A DNA stretch of 64,000 nucleotides. Source: an uncultured virus (IMG/VR IMGVR_UViG_3300031884_000010). Lineage: Duplodnaviria; Heunggongvirae; Uroviricota; Caudoviricetes. Within the stretch, counting starts at the first letter, position 1. Each line of letters starts with the position of its first letter. Made by a program: the position numbers and the translations under genes. The notes under the pieces were generated by a model. That model did no database searches. It was given only the letters and a program-made list of their open reading frames with translations, and was not told the DNA's origin. The stretch lies in IMG/VR virus record IMGVR_UViG_3300031884_000010. One strand, 5' to 3'. Below are positions 57,329-64,000 of the stretch, piece after piece.

Positions 57329-57843
57329 TCGCCCCCCTCAACGGCCAATTGCCGGATCGCCACGGCCTGCAGAAACTCCAGCGAGGGGTCGCCGGTGGCA
57401 CGAAGCAGGATCTTCCCCGAGGCGCTGTCGGGAACCATCAAGAACACCCCCATCCGGACCTTCCGGTGCACCTCGCAGGCCAGGGCCGCGTCCGGATGGG
57501 GCGTCTCATGCAGCCCCAGCACCGCGGCCAGCGCGAAGGAGGCCCGGGCGGCCTCGGACCACCAGCCGATCTCGCACCCCATGGCAATGGCGGCATCGTG
57601 GCCGGCGCCCTTCCCATAACCGCGGGCCAGGACCGCATAGGACCGCCCCGATAGGCGGGCCAGTGCCCGGAAGGACTCCTCCTGGATCATGTCCAGGGTC
57701 ACGGTCAGCCGGTGGGCCTTCTGGATCCGCCCATAGAAGGTGTCCAGGGCCGCCGCGTGCCCCAGCAGGAGGGCCCACCAGGCGGACTCATACCGGCCCG
57801 AGGGCGGAGGGATGATCACGGGGTCGAACTGGGGACAGAGCAC
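57316..57843 (-). CDS. Hypothetical protein (start uncertain)
   Basis: ORF filling the gap between TerS candidate and TerL; overlaps TerL start. Confidence 0.5.
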   Translation of the reverse strand: MLCPQFDPVIIPPPSGRYESAWWALLLGHAAALDTFYGRIQKAHRLTVTLDMIQEESFRALARLSGRSYAVLARGYGKGAGHDAAIAMGCEIGWWSEAARASFALAAVLGLHETPHPDAALACEVHRKVRMGVFLMVPDSASGKILLRATGDPSLEFLQAVAIRQLAVEGGDCVR

Positions 57844-57850
57844 CGCGGGA

Positions 57851-58573
57851 CTACTCAACAGGGTCCTCCTCGGGAAGCACATCCATAACGTCGGCATCCT
57901 CGACAGGGTCCAGGCCCTCACGTATGAGGAGCCAGCGACCACCCCCACCGCCAGGGAGGACGACCTTCCCAATGTCCGGGTCCGCGGCCTCGGTCGTCGC
58001 CTTCAGCGCCCGGTGAAGCCCGGTGATGCCCCCGACGAGGTCAGACATGGACACCTGCTCCCGCTGCGCCTTCTCGATCACCTTCTGAACCAGGAACTGG
58101 GCGCCGGCGTGGATGGTCTCGCGGGCCCGGGCCTGCCGGACAGAGAGGAGCTTGGTGGTCTCGTCCTTCATGCGGAGCCCGAGCTTCGACTGGAAGGCCA
58201 GGCGGGCCTCCGGCCAATCCTCGTCCGACGAATGGCGCTCAACAGTGCGGAGGACCAAACCAAGGGCCGCAGAGAGGTCAACCAGCGACTCCCACTTCAC
58301 GGGAGTGGAGCTAGGGGCCCCTTCTGGCAGGAATCCGCAAACATACCGATGCTTTACCGACACCCAGTCAACACTTACGACAGACTCCTCAACCGCCTTG
58401 TTTTGAGTGGCTAACTCTGTGGCGGGAAGGGGCTTGGCCTTGTCGGGAGGGACCACGGGGGAGGTCGCCTTCTTGCGTGTCGGCGCCTTGGGCTTCTCGA
58501 CGGTCTTGCCGACAGCCTTCCTGCGCTTCTTCGGGGCGGCCTTCCGGGCACGCTTCGGGGCGGGGGCGGTCAT
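57851..58573 (-). CDS. Putative terminase small subunit
   Basis: Upstream of TerL; VDWVSVKHRYV..SLVDLSAALG..TVERHS..EDW HTH-type pattern. Confidence 0.6.
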   Translation of the reverse strand: MTAPAPKRARKAAPKKRRKAVGKTVEKPKAPTRKKATSPVVPPDKAKPLPATELATQNKAVEESVVSVDWVSVKHRYVCGFLPEGAPSSTPVKWESLVDLSAALGLVLRTVERHSSDEDWPEARLAFQSKLGLRMKDETTKLLSVRQARARETIHAGAQFLVQKVIEKAQREQVSMSDLVGGITGLHRALKATTEAADPDIGKVVLPGGGGGRWLLIREGLDPVEDADVMDVLPEEDPVE

Positions 58574-58794
58574 CCCGGAGCCTGCTGGGCCATCTTGGCG
58601 ACCTCGAGAAGCACCCGCCGGATGGTGGCAGCGGCCAGGTGGGGGGAGAGTTCTCCTGAGTCGAGGCCGAGGGCCAGACGATCCATGCAGAAGGTGGCGT
58701 GGGTCAACTGGGCCAGGTGAAGCCGGGACTTGAGCGCGTGGGCACAGAACAGCCCGCAGGACTTCTCAGCAGAGAGGGATTCTCCGGGCATCAC
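58570..58794 (-). CDS. Hypothetical protein
   Basis: 74 aa, coupled overlaps. Confidence 0.55.
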   Translation of the reverse strand: MMPGESLSAEKSCGLFCAHALKSRLHLAQLTHATFCMDRLALGLDSGELSPHLAAATIRRVLLEVAKMAQQAPG

Positions 58795-59033
58795 GGGAGC
58801 ACCTCCCAGTCCCGGGCCAGGAGGTCTGGGGAGGTCGCGTGCCAGGGCATCCCGAAATCGGCGGAGGCCAGGCGCACCTGGAAGTAGGGGAGCGGGCCCA
58901 GGGGCTTCCCCCCGACCATGATCTGGTTGCCAGGGACCAAGCGAACGGTGGACCCCTGGGGCCAGGAGGCCCGACGGGCGACCCGACCGGACTCGAGGAG
59001 GCCCAGGGCCTCGGCGAAGGGCAGAGCCTTCAT
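58791..59033 (-). CDS. DUF2829/Tad2-family protein
   Basis: FAEALGLLESGRVARRASW...PYFQV...PWHATSPDLLARDWEV. Confidence 0.8.
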   Translation of the reverse strand: MKALPFAEALGLLESGRVARRASWPQGSTVRLVPGNQIMVGGKPLGPLPYFQVRLASADFGMPWHATSPDLLARDWEVLP

Positions 59034-59320
59034 GGCTGCCCCGCCAACTCGAGGGTGGCCGGATGCCCGTCCAGGAGCACCCGCTGGGTGAGTTTCACCA
59101 GGTCCCCGAACGTGGGGATCCCGGCCCCAGGGGGCTGGCTGATGTCGAAGTGGACCCCGATCCCACGGCCATGGGGGTCAGCCCAGGACCCCACACGGAC
59201 AGCGTAGACGATCTGCTCCATGAAGGTGGCCTCATTGGGACGCATGAGGACCGTGGCGCCCGCGGCCAGCATGAACATGATGCGGGCGGGCCGGACGGCC
59301 CGGGGGTGGATGGGGATCAC
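59030..59320 (-). CDS. Hypothetical protein
   Basis: GTG after AGGAGG; coupled overlaps. Confidence 0.55.
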   Translation of the reverse strand: MIPIHPRAVRPARIMFMLAAGATVLMRPNEATFMEQIVYAVRVGSWADPHGRGIGVHFDISQPPGAGIPTFGDLVKLTQRVLLDGHPATLELAGQP

Positions 59321-59742
59321 GAAACCTCCTCGAGAGAGAGCAGCCGGTGCACGTGGGCCAGGAGCACGAGGTCGTCGCCATACCGGGCGGTGAAGTCGGC
59401 CTCGGCCAGATGACGGGAAGGGATGCCCTTCGCGCCCCCCCGGTGGTGGATGGGATCCAGAGGGATGACCTCGAAGTGGGAGGCCCGGCACCCCGCCCCG
59501 TAGGCCGTGCCGTCCGGGCGCAACCGGGAGTGGTGGAGTTCCGCAGGCGTGCCCGGGAACCCGTCGAGCCTGCAGGCCAGGCACCCGAGAGCGGCCACCT
59601 GGTCCATGTGCTCCTTCTCGGCCCGGGTCGGGGGCTTCCGCTTGGAGCGCTTCCTGGGCTTCCGGACAGCTGGCGCCCGGGAGGCCAGCCGCGGGGAGGA
59701 GGCCCGGAGGGGTGTGCGCCGGAGGAGCGGGGAGCGCTTCAT
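59317..59742 (-). CDS. Ref-like (RecA-dependent) HNH nuclease
   Basis: EKEHMDQVAALGCLAC...AELHH...SHFEVIPLDPIHHR; basic MKRSPL leader. Confidence 0.75.
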   Translation of the reverse strand: MKRSPLLRRTPLRASSPRLASRAPAVRKPRKRSKRKPPTRAEKEHMDQVAALGCLACRLDGFPGTPAELHHSRLRPDGTAYGAGCRASHFEVIPLDPIHHRGGAKGIPSRHLAEADFTARYGDDLVLLAHVHRLLSLEEVS

Positions 59743-59879
59743 CGGGCACCACATGAGGAGCAGAACACCGTGCCGTGCTGGGTGGACGACACCCTCTCCC
59801 CGCACCGCGGGCAGAACCCGAACAGGTGGCAGAGCACCCGGACCCAGTAGTTGAGGCGGTAGCGCAGGAACTGAATCAT
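59739..59879 (-). CDS. Zinc-ribbon peptide
   Basis: HLFGFCPRCGERV...FCSSCG. Confidence 0.55.
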   Translation of the reverse strand: MIQFLRYRLNYWVRVLCHLFGFCPRCGERVSSTQHGTVFCSSCGAR

Positions 59880-59998
59880 CGGCGACACCCACACGAGGGG
59901 CAGTAGACCAGGCCCCGAGGGCTCCGATCCACCCGGCGCCCGCACAGGTGGCAGAACCCCAGGAAATGGGAAAAAGAGCGCCAGAGGCGACGGATCAT
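59876..59998 (-). CDS. Zinc-ribbon peptide, paralogue of neighbour
   Basis: HFLGFCHLCGRRV...YCPSCG. Confidence 0.55.
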   Translation of the reverse strand: MIRRLWRSFSHFLGFCHLCGRRVDRSPRGLVYCPSCGCRR

Positions 59999-60237
59999 CG
60001 GGGCGCTCCACAGGAAGGGCATCGGGTGCCAGAGGGGACCAGGGTGTGGCAGTAGCAGCACCGGGCGCCGGCCGGAGGGATCGTGGGCAGCCATTCGGGC
60101 GCCTCCCCGATGCGGGTGACCCAGACGCCCTTGGGCACAGCATCGAGCCCCAAGGAGGCCCGGACCTCCTCGGGGGTCAGGAGACGAATCGCAGCCGATG
60201 GCCTGACGGCGGTGAGGATGGACAGGGTGTCGAGCAT
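59995..60237 (-). CDS. Protein with C-terminal zinc ribbon
   Basis: CCYCH...RCPSCGAPR; GGAGG SD. Confidence 0.55.
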   Translation of the reverse strand: MLDTLSILTAVRPSAAIRLLTPEEVRASLGLDAVPKGVWVTRIGEAPEWLPTIPPAGARCCYCHTLVPSGTRCPSCGAPR

Positions 60238-60542
60238 CACCCCTCCTCCCCGGCCCTGACGATCTCGACCGTCTGCTCTCGCGTGAGGCCCAGGCGCTTG
60301 CATGCCGCGATGAGGCTTGCTGAAATTTCCGCCTGCGGACGGCGAAACACCCAGCCCGGGCCTGCTTGGGATTTTTTCGCCACACCCAAGGAAACCAGGG
60401 TGCCGACATGCCTATGAAGCGTGCTGATAGCGGATTTGGTCGAGGCGGACAAATCCCGCAATGTGACAGCACGACCAAGGGCCTTCTGCTGGATGAGCCC
60501 AGCCTCGAGCACGCGACGATTGGCAGGAGAGAGGGGGGTCAT
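60237..60542 (-). CDS. Winged-helix DNA-binding protein
   Basis: VTLRDLSASTKSAISTLHRHVGTLVSLG. Confidence 0.65.
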   Translation of the reverse strand: MTPLSPANRRVLEAGLIQQKALGRAVTLRDLSASTKSAISTLHRHVGTLVSLGVAKKSQAGPGWVFRRPQAEISASLIAACKRLGLTREQTVEIVRAGEEG

Positions 60543-60787
60543 TGGCCAAACTCCGCGGGGCCGGTGGGAATCACGGCCGGAAGGATGAGACGGAGGGCCA
60601 GGCCCCCACCATGGAGGTCCGCCACCTGCAGGGAGGAGCGCCGGGCAACGAAAAGGTCGTCCTTGGTGATCACCGCTTCACCCCCGATACGGATCAAGAG
60701 GGCCCGGATCACCTCAGAGGACAGCTGGAGATCCGCATTGGCCTGGGCCAGGTTCTCCAGGGAGGTCGGGAGGTCGGGGCGACTCAT
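60539..60787 (-). CDS. Hypothetical protein
   Basis: ATGA-coupled; LLIRIGGEAVIT. Confidence 0.6.
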   Translation of the reverse strand: MSRPDLPTSLENLAQANADLQLSSEVIRALLIRIGGEAVITKDDLFVARRSSLQVADLHGGGLALRLILPAVIPTGPAEFGQ

Positions 60788-60894
60788 GGACGCCCCAGCA
60801 TGAGGCGGGCCCCCCGGGCGCCAAGATGAACCCCCAGGAAGAAGGATGCGATCACGAGGCAGGCGACCCATCCGAGAGGAAGGGAGGTGTTCAT
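60784..60894 (-). CDS. Small membrane peptide
   Basis: MNTSLPLGWVACLVIASFFLGVHLG...; ATGA coupled. Confidence 0.5.
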   Translation of the reverse strand: MNTSLPLGWVACLVIASFFLGVHLGARGARLMLGRP

Positions 60895-61001
60895 CCGCGG
60901 TGCTCCCGACGAAAGACCAGACCACGGCACCAACCCAGGTAGTAGGCCATACCATGGGAGCAGGCCAGGATGAGCAGGAAGGTTCCCAGGGACATACTCA
61001 T
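60891..61001 (-). CDS. Small membrane peptide
   Basis: MSMSLGTFLLILACSHGMAYYLGW...; ATGA coupled. Confidence 0.45.
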   Translation of the reverse strand: MSMSLGTFLLILACSHGMAYYLGWCRGLVFRREHRG

Positions 61002-61432
61002 GGCGCACCTGCCGCACACCGAGCACGACGTTCCTGTTTCACTCGCACGGCATCTCGCGAGGAACAAGCCTTGCACTTGTAATAAAGCCGGTTGTGGGCA
61101 GCATAGAAATAGAAATCGGACTCCGGCTTGGACTGGTTGCACTTCTCGCAGAGCTTCCACCAAACCCCGTCCACCAGCACACAATCCGAGTGCTCCCGCT
61201 TGTGGGTGGTGGCGTCCAGGGCCTCGAGATTCTCCAGGCCGTTGTCGAGCTTGTCGGCGTTCCGATGATGGATCTGAACCCCAGCAGGGATAGGGCCGTG
61301 CACCTCCTCCCAAACCAGGTCGTGAAGCATCCGAGCAGGGCGATCACCAAGGCGGCCGACGCGCACATACCCCTTCTTCGTCACCTGGGCGCGACCCCAG
61401 GGCGTCTCGATGGACGGCCCATACTTACCCAT
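60998..61432 (-). CDS. HNH endonuclease with C-terminal zinc finger
   Basis: HDLVWEEVHGPIP..IHHRNADKLDNGLENL; CEKC..CKAC. Confidence 0.85.
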   Translation of the reverse strand: MGKYGPSIETPWGRAQVTKKGYVRVGRLGDRPARMLHDLVWEEVHGPIPAGVQIHHRNADKLDNGLENLEALDATTHKREHSDCVLVDGVWWKLCEKCNQSKPESDFYFYAAHNRLYYKCKACSSRDAVRVKQERRARCAAGAP

Positions 61433-62852
61433 GCGAAGCCTCTCCAGGCTTCACCCGAATGGCGTCCATGCCGGTGATCATCTTCCAGCGCAAAGCGCAG
61501 ACGTCACAAAATTTAGGGTCCAACTCTACTAAGGCCGCCCGGCGCCTGGCCAGGTGGCAAGCGATGAGCGTCGAGCCAGAGCCCCCGAATGCATCCAACA
61601 CGAGGTCGCCAGGGTTGCTCGAGAGCTTGATAGCCCGGTCCAGGAGAGCAACAGGCTTGGTGGTCGGGTGAAGGACGTTCGAAGCCGTCTCCCGGCCCTG
61701 CTCCCAGACGGTGGTCTGGGTCCGGCCACCCTTCCAAGTGGGCTTCGCCTCGAAATCGGTGGCGTAGATGCCCTGGGAATGGTCCTCGATCACAAGGCCC
61801 CGCCCCACGACGTCGACCGGGACCGCCCCGGCCTCCTGCTCGGCCAGGAAGGCGTTCTCGTGGCGCCGGCGGAACTCGTCCATGCCCAGGCCCGCGGAGG
61901 GCTTCACCCAGATAATCTGGGTCTTCACCCGGAGGCCCACCTCCTCGAGCGCGTTCTGGAACTCGCGCTGCCGGTGGTAGGAGTGCCAGACATACCAGGC
62001 GGCCTGCTTCATGGAGGCGGCCCGGACACAGGCGAAGGCCCGGGTGAGGAGGTTCTCGAGGGCGGCCCGGTCCAGGGCGTCGTTCTTGATCTTCCCGCCA
62101 GCTGTGCCCTTGGCGTTGGAGGAGTAGTCCATCCCATAGGGCGGATCCGTGAGGACCAGGGCGCCCTCCTCCCCGCCGAGCAGCGTGCGCCAGACGAAAG
62201 GATCGGTGCTGTCCCCACAGATAAGCTTGTGGGGGCCCATGAGAATGACTTCGCCAAGCACCGTCTCGGGAACCGCGGGGGGCTCGGGGACGGTGTCGGG
62301 GTCCACCTTGGGGGGTTCCCCGCCACCCGGGATGGTTCCGAACAGATCCTCAAGGGCAGACAGCGTGAAGCCGGTCGCCTCGATATCGAAGGCGCCATTG
62401 TCGAGCCCAACCAGGATCTCCTGCAGGGAGGTCAGCGACCACGAACTGAGATCCACAGTCCGGTTATCAACCACGGTGTAGGCGGTGGCATCGCGGTCGT
62501 CCAGGTCGGCCACGATGACCGGGATGACGGTGTCGCCGTGCCCAGCATCGAGGAGCGCCTGGAGGCGACCATGGCCGGCGAGGAGGCGGTTGGTTCCCTT
62601 CTGGACCACAGGAAGGGCGACCAGCCCATGATGAGCGATGGACTTCTGAATGATCCGAAGCTGCTCCGCAGAATGCTCCCGAGGATTTCCAGCCCATGGG
62701 CGGAGGTCCCGAACCTTCATCTGGACCACCTCGGGAACCCGGAGGTCGGATCCTGAAGGCGCAGCAGGAGGTGGGCCAGCAGCGGCCGGCTTCTTGGGCG
62801 GGGCCGCGGGAGGAGCGGCCGGCTTCTTCTTGGGGTGCGCTTTAGCAGGCAA
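61425..62852 (-). CDS. ParB-N domain plus N4/N6 DNA methyltransferase
   Basis: NPREH..LLAGHGRL..DNR ParB domain; CGDS, TDPPY, HPTTKP, DAFGGSGST; likely TTG start after GAGG. Confidence 0.9.
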   Translation of the reverse strand: MPAKAHPKKKPAAPPAAPPKKPAAAGPPPAAPSGSDLRVPEVVQMKVRDLRPWAGNPREHSAEQLRIIQKSIAHHGLVALPVVQKGTNRLLAGHGRLQALLDAGHGDTVIPVIVADLDDRDATAYTVVDNRTVDLSSWSLTSLQEILVGLDNGAFDIEATGFTLSALEDLFGTIPGGGEPPKVDPDTVPEPPAVPETVLGEVILMGPHKLICGDSTDPFVWRTLLGGEEGALVLTDPPYGMDYSSNAKGTAGGKIKNDALDRAALENLLTRAFACVRAASMKQAAWYVWHSYHRQREFQNALEEVGLRVKTQIIWVKPSAGLGMDEFRRRHENAFLAEQEAGAVPVDVVGRGLVIEDHSQGIYATDFEAKPTWKGGRTQTTVWEQGRETASNVLHPTTKPVALLDRAIKLSSNPGDLVLDAFGGSGSTLIACHLARRRAALVELDPKFCDVCALRWKMITGMDAIRVKPGEASHG

Positions 62853-63438
62853 CTTCGGGACCTCGTGCCTTGGACTCGTAGCCCCAGGCGTGGCGGCGAT
62901 ACTGGCGGTAGGACCAGGGCTTGAGGCCCCGGACGGACGCCATCTCGCGGTAAAGGGGATAACTGTAGAGGAGCGGAGTGTCGGGGCCCATGGCACGGAG
63001 GGTCCAGCGGGCCACACGATTGGCCAGGGTCCGGTTCGCGTGGGAGGCGCCGATGGAAACCACCTGCACGCGAGAGAGGCTGATGTAGCGTTTGGTCTTG
63101 GTCGCAGCCGCACGCCGAGACAGGGCAACCAACAGGGCCGCATGCTCGGGACGCTGCCCAGTGACGTCCTCGATGACGTCAACCAGGCGATTCAGGCACA
63201 CGTAAATGGATTGATCGATATCCAAGCGAGTCCTCGGGCGACTCGTCAGGGAACCAATAAGATTGGGACCGTCAAGAGGGAAATTGCCCCCCGCCCAGCC
63301 CAAGCTGGACCAACTCGGATTCAAGCTGGAAGCCGTGCTGCCACCATTCGCGCTCCCTAGAGCCTTCCAGGTGGGGGCACTCCAGCAAGGAGCCCCCACG
63401 CCTGAAGGCTGATCTGCCCTTGTGGATCTCGGCGGCAC
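62842..63438 (-). CDS. Hypothetical basic protein (true start probably near 63276)
   Basis: ORF filling the gap upstream of the methylase; 5' part overlaps another ORF. Confidence 0.45.
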   Translation of the reverse strand: MPPRSTRADQPSGVGAPCWSAPTWKALGSANGGSTASSLNPSWSSLGWAGGNFPLDGPNLIGSLTSRPRTRLDIDQSIYVCLNRLVDVIEDVTGQRPEHAALLVALSRRAAATKTKRYISLSRVQVVSIGASHANRTLANRVARWTLRAMGPDTPLLYSYPLYREMASVRGLKPWSYRQYRRHAWGYESKARGPEVAC

Positions 63439-63469
63439 GCATGGCCGTTTCTTTGCTAGTCCTTAGCAT
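63272..63469 (-). CDS. Rmf/CrpP-fold-like small protein
   Basis: GRSAFRRG..LECPH...REWWQHGF; AAGGAGG SD. Confidence 0.5.
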   Translation of the reverse strand: MLRTSKETAMRAAEIHKGRSAFRRGGSLLECPHLEGSREREWWQHGFQLESELVQLGLGGGQFPS

Positions 63470-63761
63470 TGGCGGCCTCCTTGGCACGGCGAACAGCCTT
63501 CTGATGGAGGATGAGATCGGCGCCACGGGGAGAGGCGCAGCAGCGGCAGACCCCCTCGTCAGCGGAATGGAGCACCACCTTGGTCGGGCTCCGGTAGGTC
63601 TGGTGGTTCTGCATGTGGAGGTCGGTGTCCAGGGACCAGACCCGGAGGTTGGACTTGAGGCGGACCACCCGCAGGCCCTCGGGCGCCCCGCACTCGGTGC
63701 AGAAGCGAAGCCCGAGCGCCTTGTGTGCCTCGAGCCTCCGATCAAGCGACGTCTTCACCAT
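63456..63761 (-). CDS. Cys-containing hypothetical protein
   Basis: GGAGG SD; CTEC...CRCC. Confidence 0.55.
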   Translation of the reverse strand: MVKTSLDRRLEAHKALGLRFCTECGAPEGLRVVRLKSNLRVWSLDTDLHMQNHQTYRSPTKVVLHSADEGVCRCCASPRGADLILHQKAVRRAKEAANAKD

Positions 63762-64000
63762 CGAGGCCCTCCAGGATAAGGGATCCGAGGTCAACGACCT
63801 TCGGGAAGCCCGAGCGACGCTTGCAGAGCCAGACCTCCATCCGGGCCCCGCGGCTGTTCACCCAGTTATCCAACGGGACGAGGTAGTCGCAGCGCCGCAG
63901 CATGGTGATGCACTTCCGCATGGCAGCCTTCCAGACCTCCTCGGGCGTGCCCTTGGGCTCCAGAACATGAGCATGGGGGACGAAGGCCATGTAGTCCCCA
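63742..64000 (-). CDS. DUF4406/DUF1937-like protein, 5' end beyond window edge
   Basis: WKAAMRKCITMLRRCD..LDNWVNSRGARME. Confidence 0.75.
   Translation of the reverse strand, partial: GDYMAFVPHAHVLEPKGTPEEVWKAAMRKCITMLRRCDYLVPLDNWVNSRGARMEVWLCKRRSGFPKVVDLGSLILEGLDGEDVA

Larger units (their letters stand above)
1..64000. mobile_element. Myovirus-type phage/prophage segment (both ends outside the window)
   Basis: Terminase, portal, MuF, protease, capsid, sheath, tube, baseplate J/gp25/spike and fibre genes plus dense small early genes; no recognisable host genes. Confidence 0.97.

Noticed and set aside
60998..61432. HNH gene as part of an intron or intein
   Set aside because: Free-standing and coupled to its neighbours; no interrupted gene around it.

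Overview
The whole window is a GC-rich tailed-phage genome segment, either free phage or prophage; no integrase, att site or host genes are visible. It encodes a contractile-tailed (myovirus) virion whose capsid, neck, sheath and tube genes resemble the SPO1/A511 (Herelleviridae) type. Gene order is shuffled. Minus-strand tail genes (1-4246, 12361-19686) are split by a plus-strand fibre block (4368-12364). Protease-scaffold-capsid (20155-23326) is separated from terminase-portal-MuF (52238-58573) by a plus-strand block of probable capsid-internal, injected 'polyvalent' proteins (23458-37167), an early/accessory region with a tRNA-CAT (37273-46448) and extra virion genes (46598-52229). The most unusual signal is 43124-45853, where eight TGTCCA hexamers delimit seven one-gene units like a minimal integron-style cassette array with no attC sites; one unit resembles AcrVA2. 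Other highlights: a shared K|A/S cleavage and targeting motif in the head and internal proteins, a probable +1 UUU-CGA frameshift in the tail chaperone, a hybrid initiator/elongator tRNA-CAT with a structured trailer, and a Tad2/DUF2829 gene. All family calls come from motif recognition by eye; no database search was run.
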